39,113 nt of DNA, from positions 1 to 39,113 of IMG/VR virus record IMGVR_UViG_3300010046_000002. One strand, given 5' to 3'. The notes under the pieces were generated by a model. The model did not search any database and was not told the DNA's origin. It saw only the letters and a list, made by a program, of their open reading frames with translations. Shown piece after piece: positions 7,277-15,820 of this stretch. The position numbers and the translations under genes were made by a program. The stretch's first letter is position 1, and each line of letters opens with the position of its first letter. Origin of the DNA: a virus.

Positions 7277-7689
7277 CACGCATACTCGAGCACGTAGGCA
7301 AACCGCTCGAGGCAGCCCGCCACCGCCGCCCAATCGGCCTCGGAGAGCCGCAGCCCGACCGGCCGCTGGAAGTCGTCGCTATAGCCCGGCCGGAAGAGGA
7401 TCCGCTCGCGCGGGAGCGTCGTTAAGACCGGCAACGCGTCGTCCGGCATGCGCGAGACCGCCTCCAGGCCGACCCGCATGGTGCGCGGCCGCGCGGCGGC
7501 CGTGCTCCGCAGCATCGAGGCCGGATCCTCCGTCACCATGACCGCCGCAGGATAGTCCCCGCCCGCATGGTGCTGCGCAAAGACCGCCAGCCACACCCCG
7601 CCGTCACGGATCGGCCCGCCGCCGCGTGCCCGCCGCGGCCCGGGTGCCCGGCGCCGGGCCGGCCGATCGGCGCCGCGCCGCCGCGTCAT
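7273..7689 (-). CDS. Hypothetical protein (138 aa) between terS and the terL ATPase half
   Basis: MTRRRGADRP...VWLAVFAQHHAGGDYPAAVMVTEDPASML...RLSEADWAAVAGCLERFAYVLEYAW; ATGA overlap with terS and GTGA overlap with terL-N. Confidence 0.5.
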   Translation of the reverse strand: MTRRRGADRPARRRAPGPRRARGGGPIRDGGVWLAVFAQHHAGGDYPAAVMVTEDPASMLRSTAAARPRTMRVGLEAVSRMPDDALPVLTTLPRERILFRPGYSDDFQRPVGLRLSEADWAAVAGCLERFAYVLEYAW

Positions 7690-8366
7690 CGCCCCTCCTC
7701 CGGCCCCGGCAACAGCCCGACCACGCCCGCCAAGCGCTCGGGCCACGCCCCCGTCGCACTGAACGCTTCGAGCTCCTGGTCCGACAACTGCTCGAGCACG
7801 TGCAAGTGGAGATGCGCCTTGCGCTCCACCTTGTCCCCGCTCGTGGTCAACAACAGATCCGCCGCCCGGATCGCATCCGCGTCCCGCTTCGCCCGCCCCC
7901 GGCGCTCCCCGCTCGCCCGATCCTTCACGCCCCCCGCCAGCTCCGCCACATGCTCCATCACCGCCGGCGCCGCCGCCTTCGCCGTCGCCAGCACGCCGTA
8001 CTCGCCCCGCAACACCCGCTCGAGCTGCGCCTCGCGCACCAGCGCCACAATGCGCACCACCGCGGGATGCTTGAGCGCCTTCATCGCCGCGTGCTGCGTC
8101 GTGTACCCGAGCGCCCGCGCAATCGCCGCCGTGTCGTAGCCGCCCAAATGCAGCATTCCGACCGACCAGAGCCGCGCCGGCGTCGAGCGCCGCAACGCCT
8201 CGAGCGTCATGCTTGAACAGCCCTCCAGCCACGCCCGCGCGGCGGCCTTGCGCTCGGCATGCGACCGCTTGGCCGCGGCCTGCAGCACCGCGACCCGCTC
8301 GGCCAACACCTCCGGCGACGGGCCCGGATGCGCCCGCACGCCCGGCCCCGTCCGTCCCGATGGCAT
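7686..8366 (-). CDS. terS: Terminase small subunit-like HTH protein
   Basis: Lies directly upstream of the ATPase half. HTH: MLHLGGYDTAAIARALGYTTQHAAMKALKHPAV; helical C-terminal region. Start is ATG 8366 or 8384. The N-terminal extension in track ORF 7686..8606 looks non-coding. Confidence 0.5.
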   Translation of the reverse strand: MPSGRTGPGVRAHPGPSPEVLAERVAVLQAAAKRSHAERKAAARAWLEGCSSMTLEALRRSTPARLWSVGMLHLGGYDTAAIARALGYTTQHAAMKALKHPAVVRIVALVREAQLERVLRGEYGVLATAKAAAPAVMEHVAELAGGVKDRASGERRGRAKRDADAIRAADLLLTTSGDKVERKAHLHLHVLEQLSDQELEAFSATGAWPERLAGVVGLLPGPEEGR

Positions 8367-8384
8367 CGCGCTCCGGCCTAGCAT

Positions 8385-8738
8385 AGGCCCGGCGGTGCAA
8401 GCCAGCGGCCCCCGGCCGTCGGGATCCCACTTGCCCGCGGCCCCGTCCCCGGCCCGGGCGGTCCGTCCCGCCTCGGCCCGGTCCGGGCTCGCTGCCCCCC
8501 ACGCCACCGCGCTCCGCGCGCTGGCTCCACGCTGCGCGTGGCGGCCCCCATGGGCTCCCATGGGCCAGCCAGCTGGCTTGCTAGCATGCCAGCCTGGCCT
8601 GGCCAACCAGCAGGCTAGGCTGCTAGCAGGCTAGGCTGACAGTGGCGCGCCCTGGGGGCTGCCGGGGGGTGCGAGCGCGCGGGAGCGAGCGGCCCTCCCC
8701 TGCGGCTGGACCCATCCCGGCGGGGATTGGCTACCAAC
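8385..8738. repeat. Non-coding, CTAG-rich cluster of palindromes and direct repeats upstream of terS (candidate pac/cos or late-leader region)
   Basis: Tandem AGCAGGCTAGGCTG at 8609-8622 and 8625-8638. CCCATGGG twice (8547-8554, 8557-8564). Palindromes GCCAGCTGGC (8568-8577) and CCACGC-tgc-GCGTGG (8527-8541). Seven CTAG within 8378-8812. No convincing ORF. Confidence 0.55.
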
Positions 8739-9146
8739 CTAGCGGACGAGCCCCTTCTGGATTCCGGATCTGGGATCCCGTCTGGGGTCTGAGGCTTGTT
8801 CGTTCGGGCTAGTGGGGGGTGTGGTCTTATCACGGACTGAACGGTCGGGTGTCAAGGGGGATCTGGGCGATGTCGGGCGACGCGCTTCGGAGCGCTGGTC
8901 GAGGGCGGCAAAGGCGGCGCGGCAGATGGCGTCGCGGGGGGTGCGCGCGGCGGCGAGGGAGGTGGTGGCGCGGTAGACGCTCCAGTAGGGGCGCTGGGGG
9001 GCCGGGGGCACGAGCCGGGCGCCGAGGTCGCGGAGCATCGGGGTCCAGGCGGTTTCGGGGAGCTCGAGCATGCCGCGGGCGTAGGGGGCGGAGCATGCCG
9101 AGCGGCCCCGGTCGCGGGCGCGCAGCGCCTCGTGGCTGCGTTTCAC
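8739..9146 (-). CDS. Hypothetical protein (135 aa, GTG start); C-terminal third is low-complexity
   Basis: GTGA overlap with the upstream ORF; ...LELPETAWTPMLRDLGARLVPPAPQRPYWSVYRATTSLAAART... Confidence 0.4.
   Translation of the reverse strand: MKRSHEALRARDRGRSACSAPYARGMLELPETAWTPMLRDLGARLVPPAPQRPYWSVYRATTSLAAARTPRDAICRAAFAALDQRSEARRPTSPRSPLTPDRSVRDKTTPPTSPNEQASDPRRDPRSGIQKGLVR
8826..8855 (-). promoter_or_regulatory. Sigma70-like promoter candidate pointing toward terS
   Basis: The minus strand reads TTGACA (8855-8850), N18, GATAAG (8831-8826). It lies inside the 3' part of ORF c(8739..9146). Confidence 0.3.
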
Positions 9147-9382
9147 GGGGGCGGGGCTTGGGCGGCCTTCAAGGCGTCGACGAGTTCTTCGGTGCCATCG
9201 ACGACTTCCTTGTAGCCGCAGGTGCAGGGGCCGGCGGTTTCGGCGGGGCAGCCGTAGCCGTGGGCGAGGCGGGGCTGCATGAGCTGGAGGCCGGAGAGGA
9301 GCAGCGCGGAGGCTTCCTCGAGGGTATGGTGGGGGGCGGCCTCGGGGGCGTCGGTGGTCTCGGTGGCGTGTGCGCGTGCCAT
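9143..9382 (-). CDS. Hypothetical protein (79 aa) with a Cys cluster
   Basis: MARAHATETTD...AHGYGCPAETAGPCTCGYKEVVDGTEELVDALKAAQ; first gene of the leftward block. Confidence 0.5.
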   Translation of the reverse strand: MARAHATETTDAPEAAPHHTLEEASALLLSGLQLMQPRLAHGYGCPAETAGPCTCGYKEVVDGTEELVDALKAAQAPPP

Positions 9383-9427
9383 GGGACGGCGGTGTAGCAG
9401 AGATCGGGCCGGACCGCAGCGGCCCTC

Positions 9428-9468
9428 TTGACGGCGGCGGGGGTCGGGTGCGAGACGGCCCGTCCCGG
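9428..9468 (+). promoter_or_regulatory. Conserved promoter-like element, copy 1 of 4
   Basis: TTGACGgcggcgggggtcgggtgcgaGACGGCCCGTCCCGG; it ends at the fibre GTG start (9468). Confidence 0.5.
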
Positions 9469-11447
9469 TGGCATGGTACTATACCGAGCCGCGGCGGCGG
9501 CGGCTGCCGCTCGAGCCGGTGCCGGGGACGGCGGCGGGGGGTGGTGGCGGGCCCCCGACGGGGCCGGCGGGGGGGGATCTCCAGGGGAGCTACCCGAATC
9601 CCACCCTCGCGCCGGGGGCGGTGCAGCGGTCGGAGACGGCGCCCGATCTCTGGCTCTCCCCCATCCCGAGCGATCCGGGGAATGTGGGGCAGGTGCTGAC
9701 GGTCGTCTCCGGGCCGAGTCTCGTCTGGCAGACGCCGGCGGTGACGGAGGGGCTCTCAGGGGTCTGGAACTACAAGGCGACGGGGGGCATGACCGACCCG
9801 GGCAGCGGGAATATCGCGCCCGATGTCGTCGGGGCCCCGACGCTCGACCGCTTCTCGACCTACACCGTCGGGGGGACCGATGCCCGCAACATCTTTCTGA
9901 CGACCCAGGTCGGGGATGTCTTGGTGCTCCAGCAGAAGACCGATTCGACCAAGTGGGCGAAACAGCAGGTGAACGCGCCGGTGGTCGACCACGGGACGTG
10001 GTTTGAGGTGCCGATCACGACGCTGGCGGGCGGCACCGGCGGCGCGCTCGCGAACAACGCCGACGTCGCCGTGCAGTTCCAGCGCGGCACGGGGTCGGCG
10101 GGCCCAAGCGGGCCGGCAGGGGGGGACCTCACCGGCACGTATCCTAATCCGACGATCGGGGCCTTGAAGGTGACTGATGCCAAGGTGAACGACGTCGGGG
10201 CGGGGAAACTGACGGGGACGATTGCGCAGGCCCGTTTCCCGACCGCCCCCAGCGGGCTTCTCACGGCCAATCTGAATGATGCGCAGGTGACCGACGCCAA
10301 GATCGTGGGCATGGCGTATGGGAAGCTGACGGGGGCACCAACGAGTCTGCCCCCGAGCGGGAGTGCCGGGGGGGACTTGGCGGGCAGCTACCCGAGTCCG
10401 ACGATTGGGCTCTTGAAGGTGGTGACGGGCTACCTCGCCGATCTGTCGGTGACCAATGCGAAGATTAATGATGTGGCGTGGGGCAAGGTGACCGGGGCGC
10501 CCTCGAGCTTCCCGCCGTCGGGGGCCGCGGGGGGCGATCTCACCGGGACGTATCCCAACCCGACGATTGGGCTCCTCAAGGTGACGACCGGGGCCTTGGC
10601 GGCGCTCGCGGTGACCGATGCCAAGGTGAACGACGTCGCGTATACGAAGGTGACGGGGCATCCCACGAGCTACCCCCCGAGCGGGGCGGCGTCTGGCGAC
10701 TTGAGTGGCAGCTATCCGGGTCCCACGGTCGCCAGGCTGAATGGGTTGGCGCTCACCGTGGGTGATACCTATTACGTCAATGCCACTCCGGCCTTGGCAC
10801 GGCTCCCAGCGAACGCGAGTGCCACCAACCAGTACCTCCGCAGCGTCTCCGGGGGCGTGCCCGCGTGGCAGCAAGTCGCCTACGGGGATCTCTCCGGCAC
10901 GCCAGCCGCGTTGCCCCCGAGTGGCACGGCGGGTGGGGACCTGACGGGGACCTATCCCAACCCGACCATCGGCGCGAATGCGGTCGGAAACGCAGAGATT
11001 TCCGACGTGGCATGGACGAAGGTGACGGGTGCGCCGGGGAGTTTCCCGCCGAGCGGGGCGGCGAGCGGCGACTTGAGCGGCACGTATCCTGCGCCGACGG
11101 TGGCAAAGCTGAACGGCGCCGCGGTCGGCACGACGACCCCGCTGGCCCGCGGCGACATCCTGGTTGCCGACGGCACGCCGGCCTTGAAGCGACTGGCGCT
11201 CGGGGCGGCGAGCCAGGTGCTGCAGTCGAACGGGACCGATGTCGTCTGGGGGGCGTCGCTTGGTGGGCCGCCGTCGGGCAGCGCGGGGGGGTCGTTAGCG
11301 GGGACGTATCCCAACCCGACGCTTGCCACGACCGGGGTGACGGCGGGGACCTACGGCGATGCGCGGACCATTCCGACCGTTACCGTCACGGCCGAGGGGC
11401 GGATTTCCGGTGTGACGACGGTGACCTTGATTGCGCAGTGGAAGTGA
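9468..11447 (+). CDS. Repeat-rich tail-fibre-like protein (659 aa), stand-alone copy outside the tail module
   Basis: Eight copies of (P)PSG.(A/S)GG(D/S)L.G(T/S)YP.PT(I/V/L), interleaved with TDAK(V/I)NDVA..KVTGAP units. The same motif is present in the fibres at 25899 and 26826. Confidence 0.75.
   Translation: MAWYYTEPRRRRLPLEPVPGTAAGGGGGPPTGPAGGDLQGSYPNPTLAPGAVQRSETAPDLWLSPIPSDPGNVGQVLTVVSGPSLVWQTPAVTEGLSGVWNYKATGGMTDPGSGNIAPDVVGAPTLDRFSTYTVGGTDARNIFLTTQVGDVLVLQQKTDSTKWAKQQVNAPVVDHGTWFEVPITTLAGGTGGALANNADVAVQFQRGTGSAGPSGPAGGDLTGTYPNPTIGALKVTDAKVNDVGAGKLTGTIAQARFPTAPSGLLTANLNDAQVTDAKIVGMAYGKLTGAPTSLPPSGSAGGDLAGSYPSPTIGLLKVVTGYLADLSVTNAKINDVAWGKVTGAPSSFPPSGAAGGDLTGTYPNPTIGLLKVTTGALAALAVTDAKVNDVAYTKVTGHPTSYPPSGAASGDLSGSYPGPTVARLNGLALTVGDTYYVNATPALARLPANASATNQYLRSVSGGVPAWQQVAYGDLSGTPAALPPSGTAGGDLTGTYPNPTIGANAVGNAEISDVAWTKVTGAPGSFPPSGAASGDLSGTYPAPTVAKLNGAAVGTTTPLARGDILVADGTPALKRLALGAASQVLQSNGTDVVWGASLGGPPSGSAGGSLAGTYPNPTLATTGVTAGTYGDARTIPTVTVTAEGRISGVTTVTLIAQWK
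9560..11330 (+). repeat. Coding repeat array ([12 protein letters not shown] modules, 8 irregularly spaced copies)
   Basis: The motif DNA starts near 9569, 10119, 10368, 10529, 10690, 10930, 11062 and 11285. It carries G7-G8 runs at 9569-9576, 10119-10125, 10368-10374 and 11285-11291. Confidence 0.8.
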
Positions 11448-11486
11448 GCCGGCGCCCGCGCTGTCAACCGGGCGTGGCAGGGGCAC

Positions 11487-11527
11487 TTGACGAGCCGGGG
11501 GTCTGAATGGCACACGGCCCGTCCCGG
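11487..11527 (+). promoter_or_regulatory. Conserved promoter-like element, copy 2 of 4
   Basis: TTGACGagccgggggtctgaatggCACACGGCCCGTCCCGG. It is followed by a 29-codon uORF (11536..11625) whose TGA overlaps the OMP ATG at 11625. Confidence 0.5.
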
Positions 11528-11621
11528 CGAGGCCAATGGCGAGGCCCCCTGAGCCGGTCGGCCACGATCATCGCACCGCCCCCGGTGTGTCCCTTGAGGC
11601 CGGCCGGCTCCTCCCCCCGGG

Positions 11622-12842
11622 GTGATGGGGCATGGGCGCTGGGCCCTGGTGCTGCTGGTGCTTGCCGGGCCGGCGGCCGCGCGCACGCTTGAGGGTGTCC
11701 TTGGGGATGCGCAGGAACGCGTCGGGCTGCGGCCGGCGGCGGCGTTTTCCCACTTTGCGTCCCATCTGGCCGTGGTGACGACCATGCCGAGCCTCACGTC
11801 GGCCTCGAGCGCGGCGCTCTCGGGCGGGGCGGCCATCGACGCGACGATGTCCATGCTCGGGCCGATCTTCTTGGATCATCCGGAGACCCTTGGGGCCGGG
11901 GTGACGAATCTGAATGTCGTGTCGCAACGGGCATTTAGCGATGCGACGCTTTTCGGGCAGCCCTTCAATCAGCTCGGCTCCTTCTTTCCCGTCTTGGCCG
12001 AGCGCACCCCGACCGGCGACCCGAATGCGCCCGCCTTTTTGGGGGTGCGGCTGCGCTACAGCCTGGATCTTCATGCCTGGGCGACGGCGATTGCGTTCAG
12101 CCACGGCCTCACCGACGACCTTGACCTGAGCGTCGTTCTCCCGATTGTCTCGACCCGGCTCGACCTGGCGGTCCGGGCCCGGATCGTCAAGCAGACCGGG
12201 CCGAATGGCGGGGCGTTTGTGGCCACCAATGGCCCGACGCTCGGGGGCACGCTCGAGCCGGTCAGCTCGACCGGCATCGGGGACGTGGCGCTGCGGGCCA
12301 AGTACCGGCTCCCGCTCCCAAAACCGTGGGGGCTCTCCCTCTCGCTCGAGGGCCAGTTTCCGACCGGCGACCCCTTTGAGCTCCATGGGACCGGGGCCTA
12401 CTGGATCACGCCCGGGCTGACCGTCTCGCGGATTCTCTGGAATGGGAAGGCCGAGGTCGAGGCGCACGCAGACCTCCACTTTAACATCAGCCGGGCGCTC
12501 CAATCCCAAGCCCTCTATGGGCTGTCGGGGTCCGTGGTGCTCTGGCCGAAGCGCCTCGCCGCCATCGTCGAGTTTCTCGGGACGAGCCAGCTGGACAGCG
12601 CCTTTGCGCCCCATGGGACGGACGTGTTGGTCGTGACGCCGGGGGGTGGCGTCGTGGCCGACCCGCTGCTTGGGATCGGCTGGTCGGGCCGGCTCGACCA
12701 GTGGAATCTCTCCTTTGGGCTCCGGGCGCGGCTCTGGAAGCGGGTGATGCTGTTTGCGAATGGGGTCTATGCGCTCAATCCCGACGTCGGCGTGCGGCCG
12801 GTCGGGGTGATCCCGACCTTCGGGCTCGGAGCAACCTTCTAA
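11622..12842 (+). CDS. Secreted outer-membrane beta-barrel protein (MetA-pathway/transporter-like family guess)
   Basis: Signal peptide MMGHGRWALVLLVLAGPAAA/RT; alternating beta-strand pattern; STGIGDVALRAKYRL motif; C-terminal ...TFGLGATF ending in Phe, as in OMPs. Confidence 0.6.
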   Translation: MMGHGRWALVLLVLAGPAAARTLEGVLGDAQERVGLRPAAAFSHFASHLAVVTTMPSLTSASSAALSGGAAIDATMSMLGPIFLDHPETLGAGVTNLNVVSQRAFSDATLFGQPFNQLGSFFPVLAERTPTGDPNAPAFLGVRLRYSLDLHAWATAIAFSHGLTDDLDLSVVLPIVSTRLDLAVRARIVKQTGPNGGAFVATNGPTLGGTLEPVSSTGIGDVALRAKYRLPLPKPWGLSLSLEGQFPTGDPFELHGTGAYWITPGLTVSRILWNGKAEVEAHADLHFNISRALQSQALYGLSGSVVLWPKRLAAIVEFLGTSQLDSAFAPHGTDVLVVTPGGGVVADPLLGIGWSGRLDQWNLSFGLRARLWKRVMLFANGVYALNPDVGVRPVGVIPTFGLGATF

Positions 12843-14047
<1,205 letters not shown>

Positions 14048-14060
14048 GGAGTATACGCCC

Positions 14061-14192
14061 ATGACGACCGAGCGCCGCCCCGAGGACGAGACGCCGCCAC
14101 CCGCGCCCCCCGAGGACGAGGAGGAGACGAAGAAGCTCGAGGATCCGGAGCCCGAGGGACCCCCCGAGGACGAGAAAGCGACGGCGGACTAG
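14061..14192 (+). CDS. Small acidic protein (43 aa)
   Basis: AAGGAG lies 9 nt upstream of ATG 14061; MTTERRPEDETPPPAPPEDEEETKKLEDPEPEGPPEDEKATAD. Confidence 0.4.
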   Translation: MTTERRPEDETPPPAPPEDEEETKKLEDPEPEGPPEDEKATAD

Positions 14193-15062
14193 ATGCCGTT
14201 TCTCGGCGCTCGCGGGGCCGCGCCCGACCCGCGGGGTACCGCCGCACAGCCGATGCCGGGCGTGACGGAGTGGCGCTGCCCGCGCAACGGCGTCCACGTC
14301 GTCGAGGTCCACTACACTGCCGACCCGGCCAAGCGCGACCCGGCGTGGAAGCGCGAAGCCATGCGCGGCATGCCGCCGCGTGGCTGGCAACGCGAGATGG
14401 AAATCGCGTTCGACCTGGCCGGCGGTGAGCCCGTCTTGCCGGAATACGTCCCCGCCGAAATGCGCCGCCCCTTTCCGGTCAATGCCTCCGCACGCCTCTT
14501 GCGGGGCTGGGATTTTGGTCAGGTGTGTCCGGTGACCGTCTTTGCGCAACTCGATGTCCATGGGCGGCTCGGCTTTGTCGCCGAGCTGGTCTTGGAGCAC
14601 GCCAACCTGACCGCGCAAATCGAGGCGACGAAAGCCATGACGATTGAGCTGGTTGGCCCGGGCGCCAACTGCTTTGACGCGGGCGACCCCGAGGCGCTGC
14701 ACGAGATGGAGCTCGGGTCGATTCGTGCGGTCCTCTTGAAGCATGGGATCATCTTGCAGACCTTCGCCCGCTCGAGCGACACGTCCTACAACAACCTCCG
14801 CGACCGCCTCTTGCGCCGCGTGCGCATCCCGGGCGAGGACGTCCCATCGCCGGCGCTCTTGGTCGACCCCCGGTGCCCGATTCTCCACTCGGCGTTCTCG
14901 GGTGGCTTCGCGCGGCATCAGAAGACCGGGAAACCCATGCCGACGCATCCCTACAAGGACGTCGTCGACGCCGCCCGCTACTTGCATGACAACCTGCAGG
15001 GCTCAAGTTCAGACTGGATGCAGAAGCTCCAGCGCATCGCACGGGCGGATTGCGCATGGTGA
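14193..15062 (+). CDS. terL-C: Terminase large subunit, nuclease (RNase H-like) domain only
   Basis: Begins at the inter-domain linker ...GVHVVEVHYTADPAKRDPAWKREAMRGMPPRGWQREMEIAF. Catalytic Asp motifs: LLRGWDFGQ, NCFDAGDPEA, HPYKDVVDAARYLHDN. Confidence 0.85.
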   Translation: MPFLGARGAAPDPRGTAAQPMPGVTEWRCPRNGVHVVEVHYTADPAKRDPAWKREAMRGMPPRGWQREMEIAFDLAGGEPVLPEYVPAEMRRPFPVNASARLLRGWDFGQVCPVTVFAQLDVHGRLGFVAELVLEHANLTAQIEATKAMTIELVGPGANCFDAGDPEALHEMELGSIRAVLLKHGIILQTFARSSDTSYNNLRDRLLRRVRIPGEDVPSPALLVDPRCPILHSAFSGGFARHQKTGKPMPTHPYKDVVDAARYLHDNLQGSSSDWMQKLQRIARADCAW

Positions 15063-15769
15063 GACAGATCGTCGCGTTTAGCGGCGGCAAAGATTCCACC
15101 GCCATGGCGCTCCGGCTCCACGAGCTTGGGGAATCCTTCGCGTTGCTCTTCACCCCGACCGGCGACGAGCTGCCCGAGCTCCGCGAGCATATCGCGCGCA
15201 TGGTGGCGCGCATCGGATGCGAGCTGATTGTGCCTCCAAACCGCTCGCTCTACGAGTGGATCGCCACCTATCGGGCGCTGCCCAACTTCCGCATGCGGTG
15301 GTGTACGCGGCAAATCAAGATTGAGCCGTGCATCGCGTATCTGCTTGCGCATCCCGGGAGCACGTTGCTTGTCGGGCTTCGCGCGGATGAGGAGGCGCGA
15401 CTCGGTCTCTACGGCGCGTACGCGACGTATCGCTATCCGCTGCGGGAATGGGGCTGGCGGATGCGCGACGTCCGCCGCTATCTCGCGGCCCACGGCGTCG
15501 AGGTGCCGCGTCGCACCGATTGTGCGCTCTGTTACGACCAGCGCTTGAGCGAGTGGTATCGCCTCTGGAAAGCGCATCCGGAGGCCTACGCACGCGGTGA
15601 GGCCCTTGAGGCGGAGACGGGCCACACGTTCCGCAGCGGGCAGCGCGATCAGTGGCCGACCGATCTTGCGGGGTTGCGCGCGGCGTTCGAGGCCGGTCGC
15701 CGGCCGCTGGGCGTCGGGGACGACGAGACGTTACCGCTGCCGCTCCGCTGCCGCGTCTGCTCACTCTAG
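15056..15769 (+). CDS. PAPS reductase / ATP-pyrophosphatase family protein
   Basis: IVAFSGGKDSTAMAL P-loop (SGGKDS), ...MRWCTRQIKIEP..., C-terminal CALC...CRVC cysteines. Start ATG 15056 or GTG 15059, overlapping the terL-C TGA. Confidence 0.75.
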   Translation: MVRQIVAFSGGKDSTAMALRLHELGESFALLFTPTGDELPELREHIARMVARIGCELIVPPNRSLYEWIATYRALPNFRMRWCTRQIKIEPCIAYLLAHPGSTLLVGLRADEEARLGLYGAYATYRYPLREWGWRMRDVRRYLAAHGVEVPRRTDCALCYDQRLSEWYRLWKAHPEAYARGEALEAETGHTFRSGQRDQWPTDLAGLRAAFEAGRRPLGVGDDETLPLPLRCRVCSL

Positions 15770-15779
15770 CGACGCGGCA

Positions 15780-15820
15780 TTGACGACCCCGGGGGCCGGC
15801 GGGTACACGGGCCGCCCCGG
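15780..15820 (+). promoter_or_regulatory. Conserved promoter-like element, copy 3 of 4
   Basis: TTGACGaccccgggggccggcgggTACACGGGCCGCCCCGG, immediately followed by the portal ATG at 15821. Confidence 0.5.

Noticed and set aside
7686-8606. N-terminal 80-codon extension of the terS ORF, and the 409-aa ORF 7273..8502
   Set aside because: The extension (MARPGWHASKPAGWPMGAHGG...) and the upstream part of 7273..8502 look non-coding. Internal ATGs at 8366/8384 and 7689 give compact genes with 4-nt overlaps.
9756-10874. 372-aa minus-strand ORF. Similar long antisense ORFs: 3398..4081, 3691..4485, 11568..12614, 13980..14987, 16244..17158, 16071..17297, 20044..20985, 20160..21017, 24534..25649, 28939..29976, 32407..33261
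   Set aside because: All lie antisense or out of frame to ORFs with recognisable domains. They have R/G/P/A-dominated composition and owe their length to the scarcity of stop codons in GC-rich DNA.
9468-11447. Diversity-generating retroelement or CRISPR-like array suggested by the repeated ~40-nt [12 protein letters not shown] units here and at 26250-26300 and 26960-27000
   Set aside because: The repeats are in-frame protein modules with irregular spacing. No reverse transcriptase, template repeat, cas gene or non-coding spacer structure is present anywhere in the genome.
14187-14198. Identical 12-mer GACTAGATGCCG at two gene junctions (14187-14198 and 23868-23879) as a possible recombination or regulatory site
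   Set aside because: A single 12-mer match is expected by chance many times in 39 kb. Both copies are simply Asp-TAG-ATG-Pro junctions.
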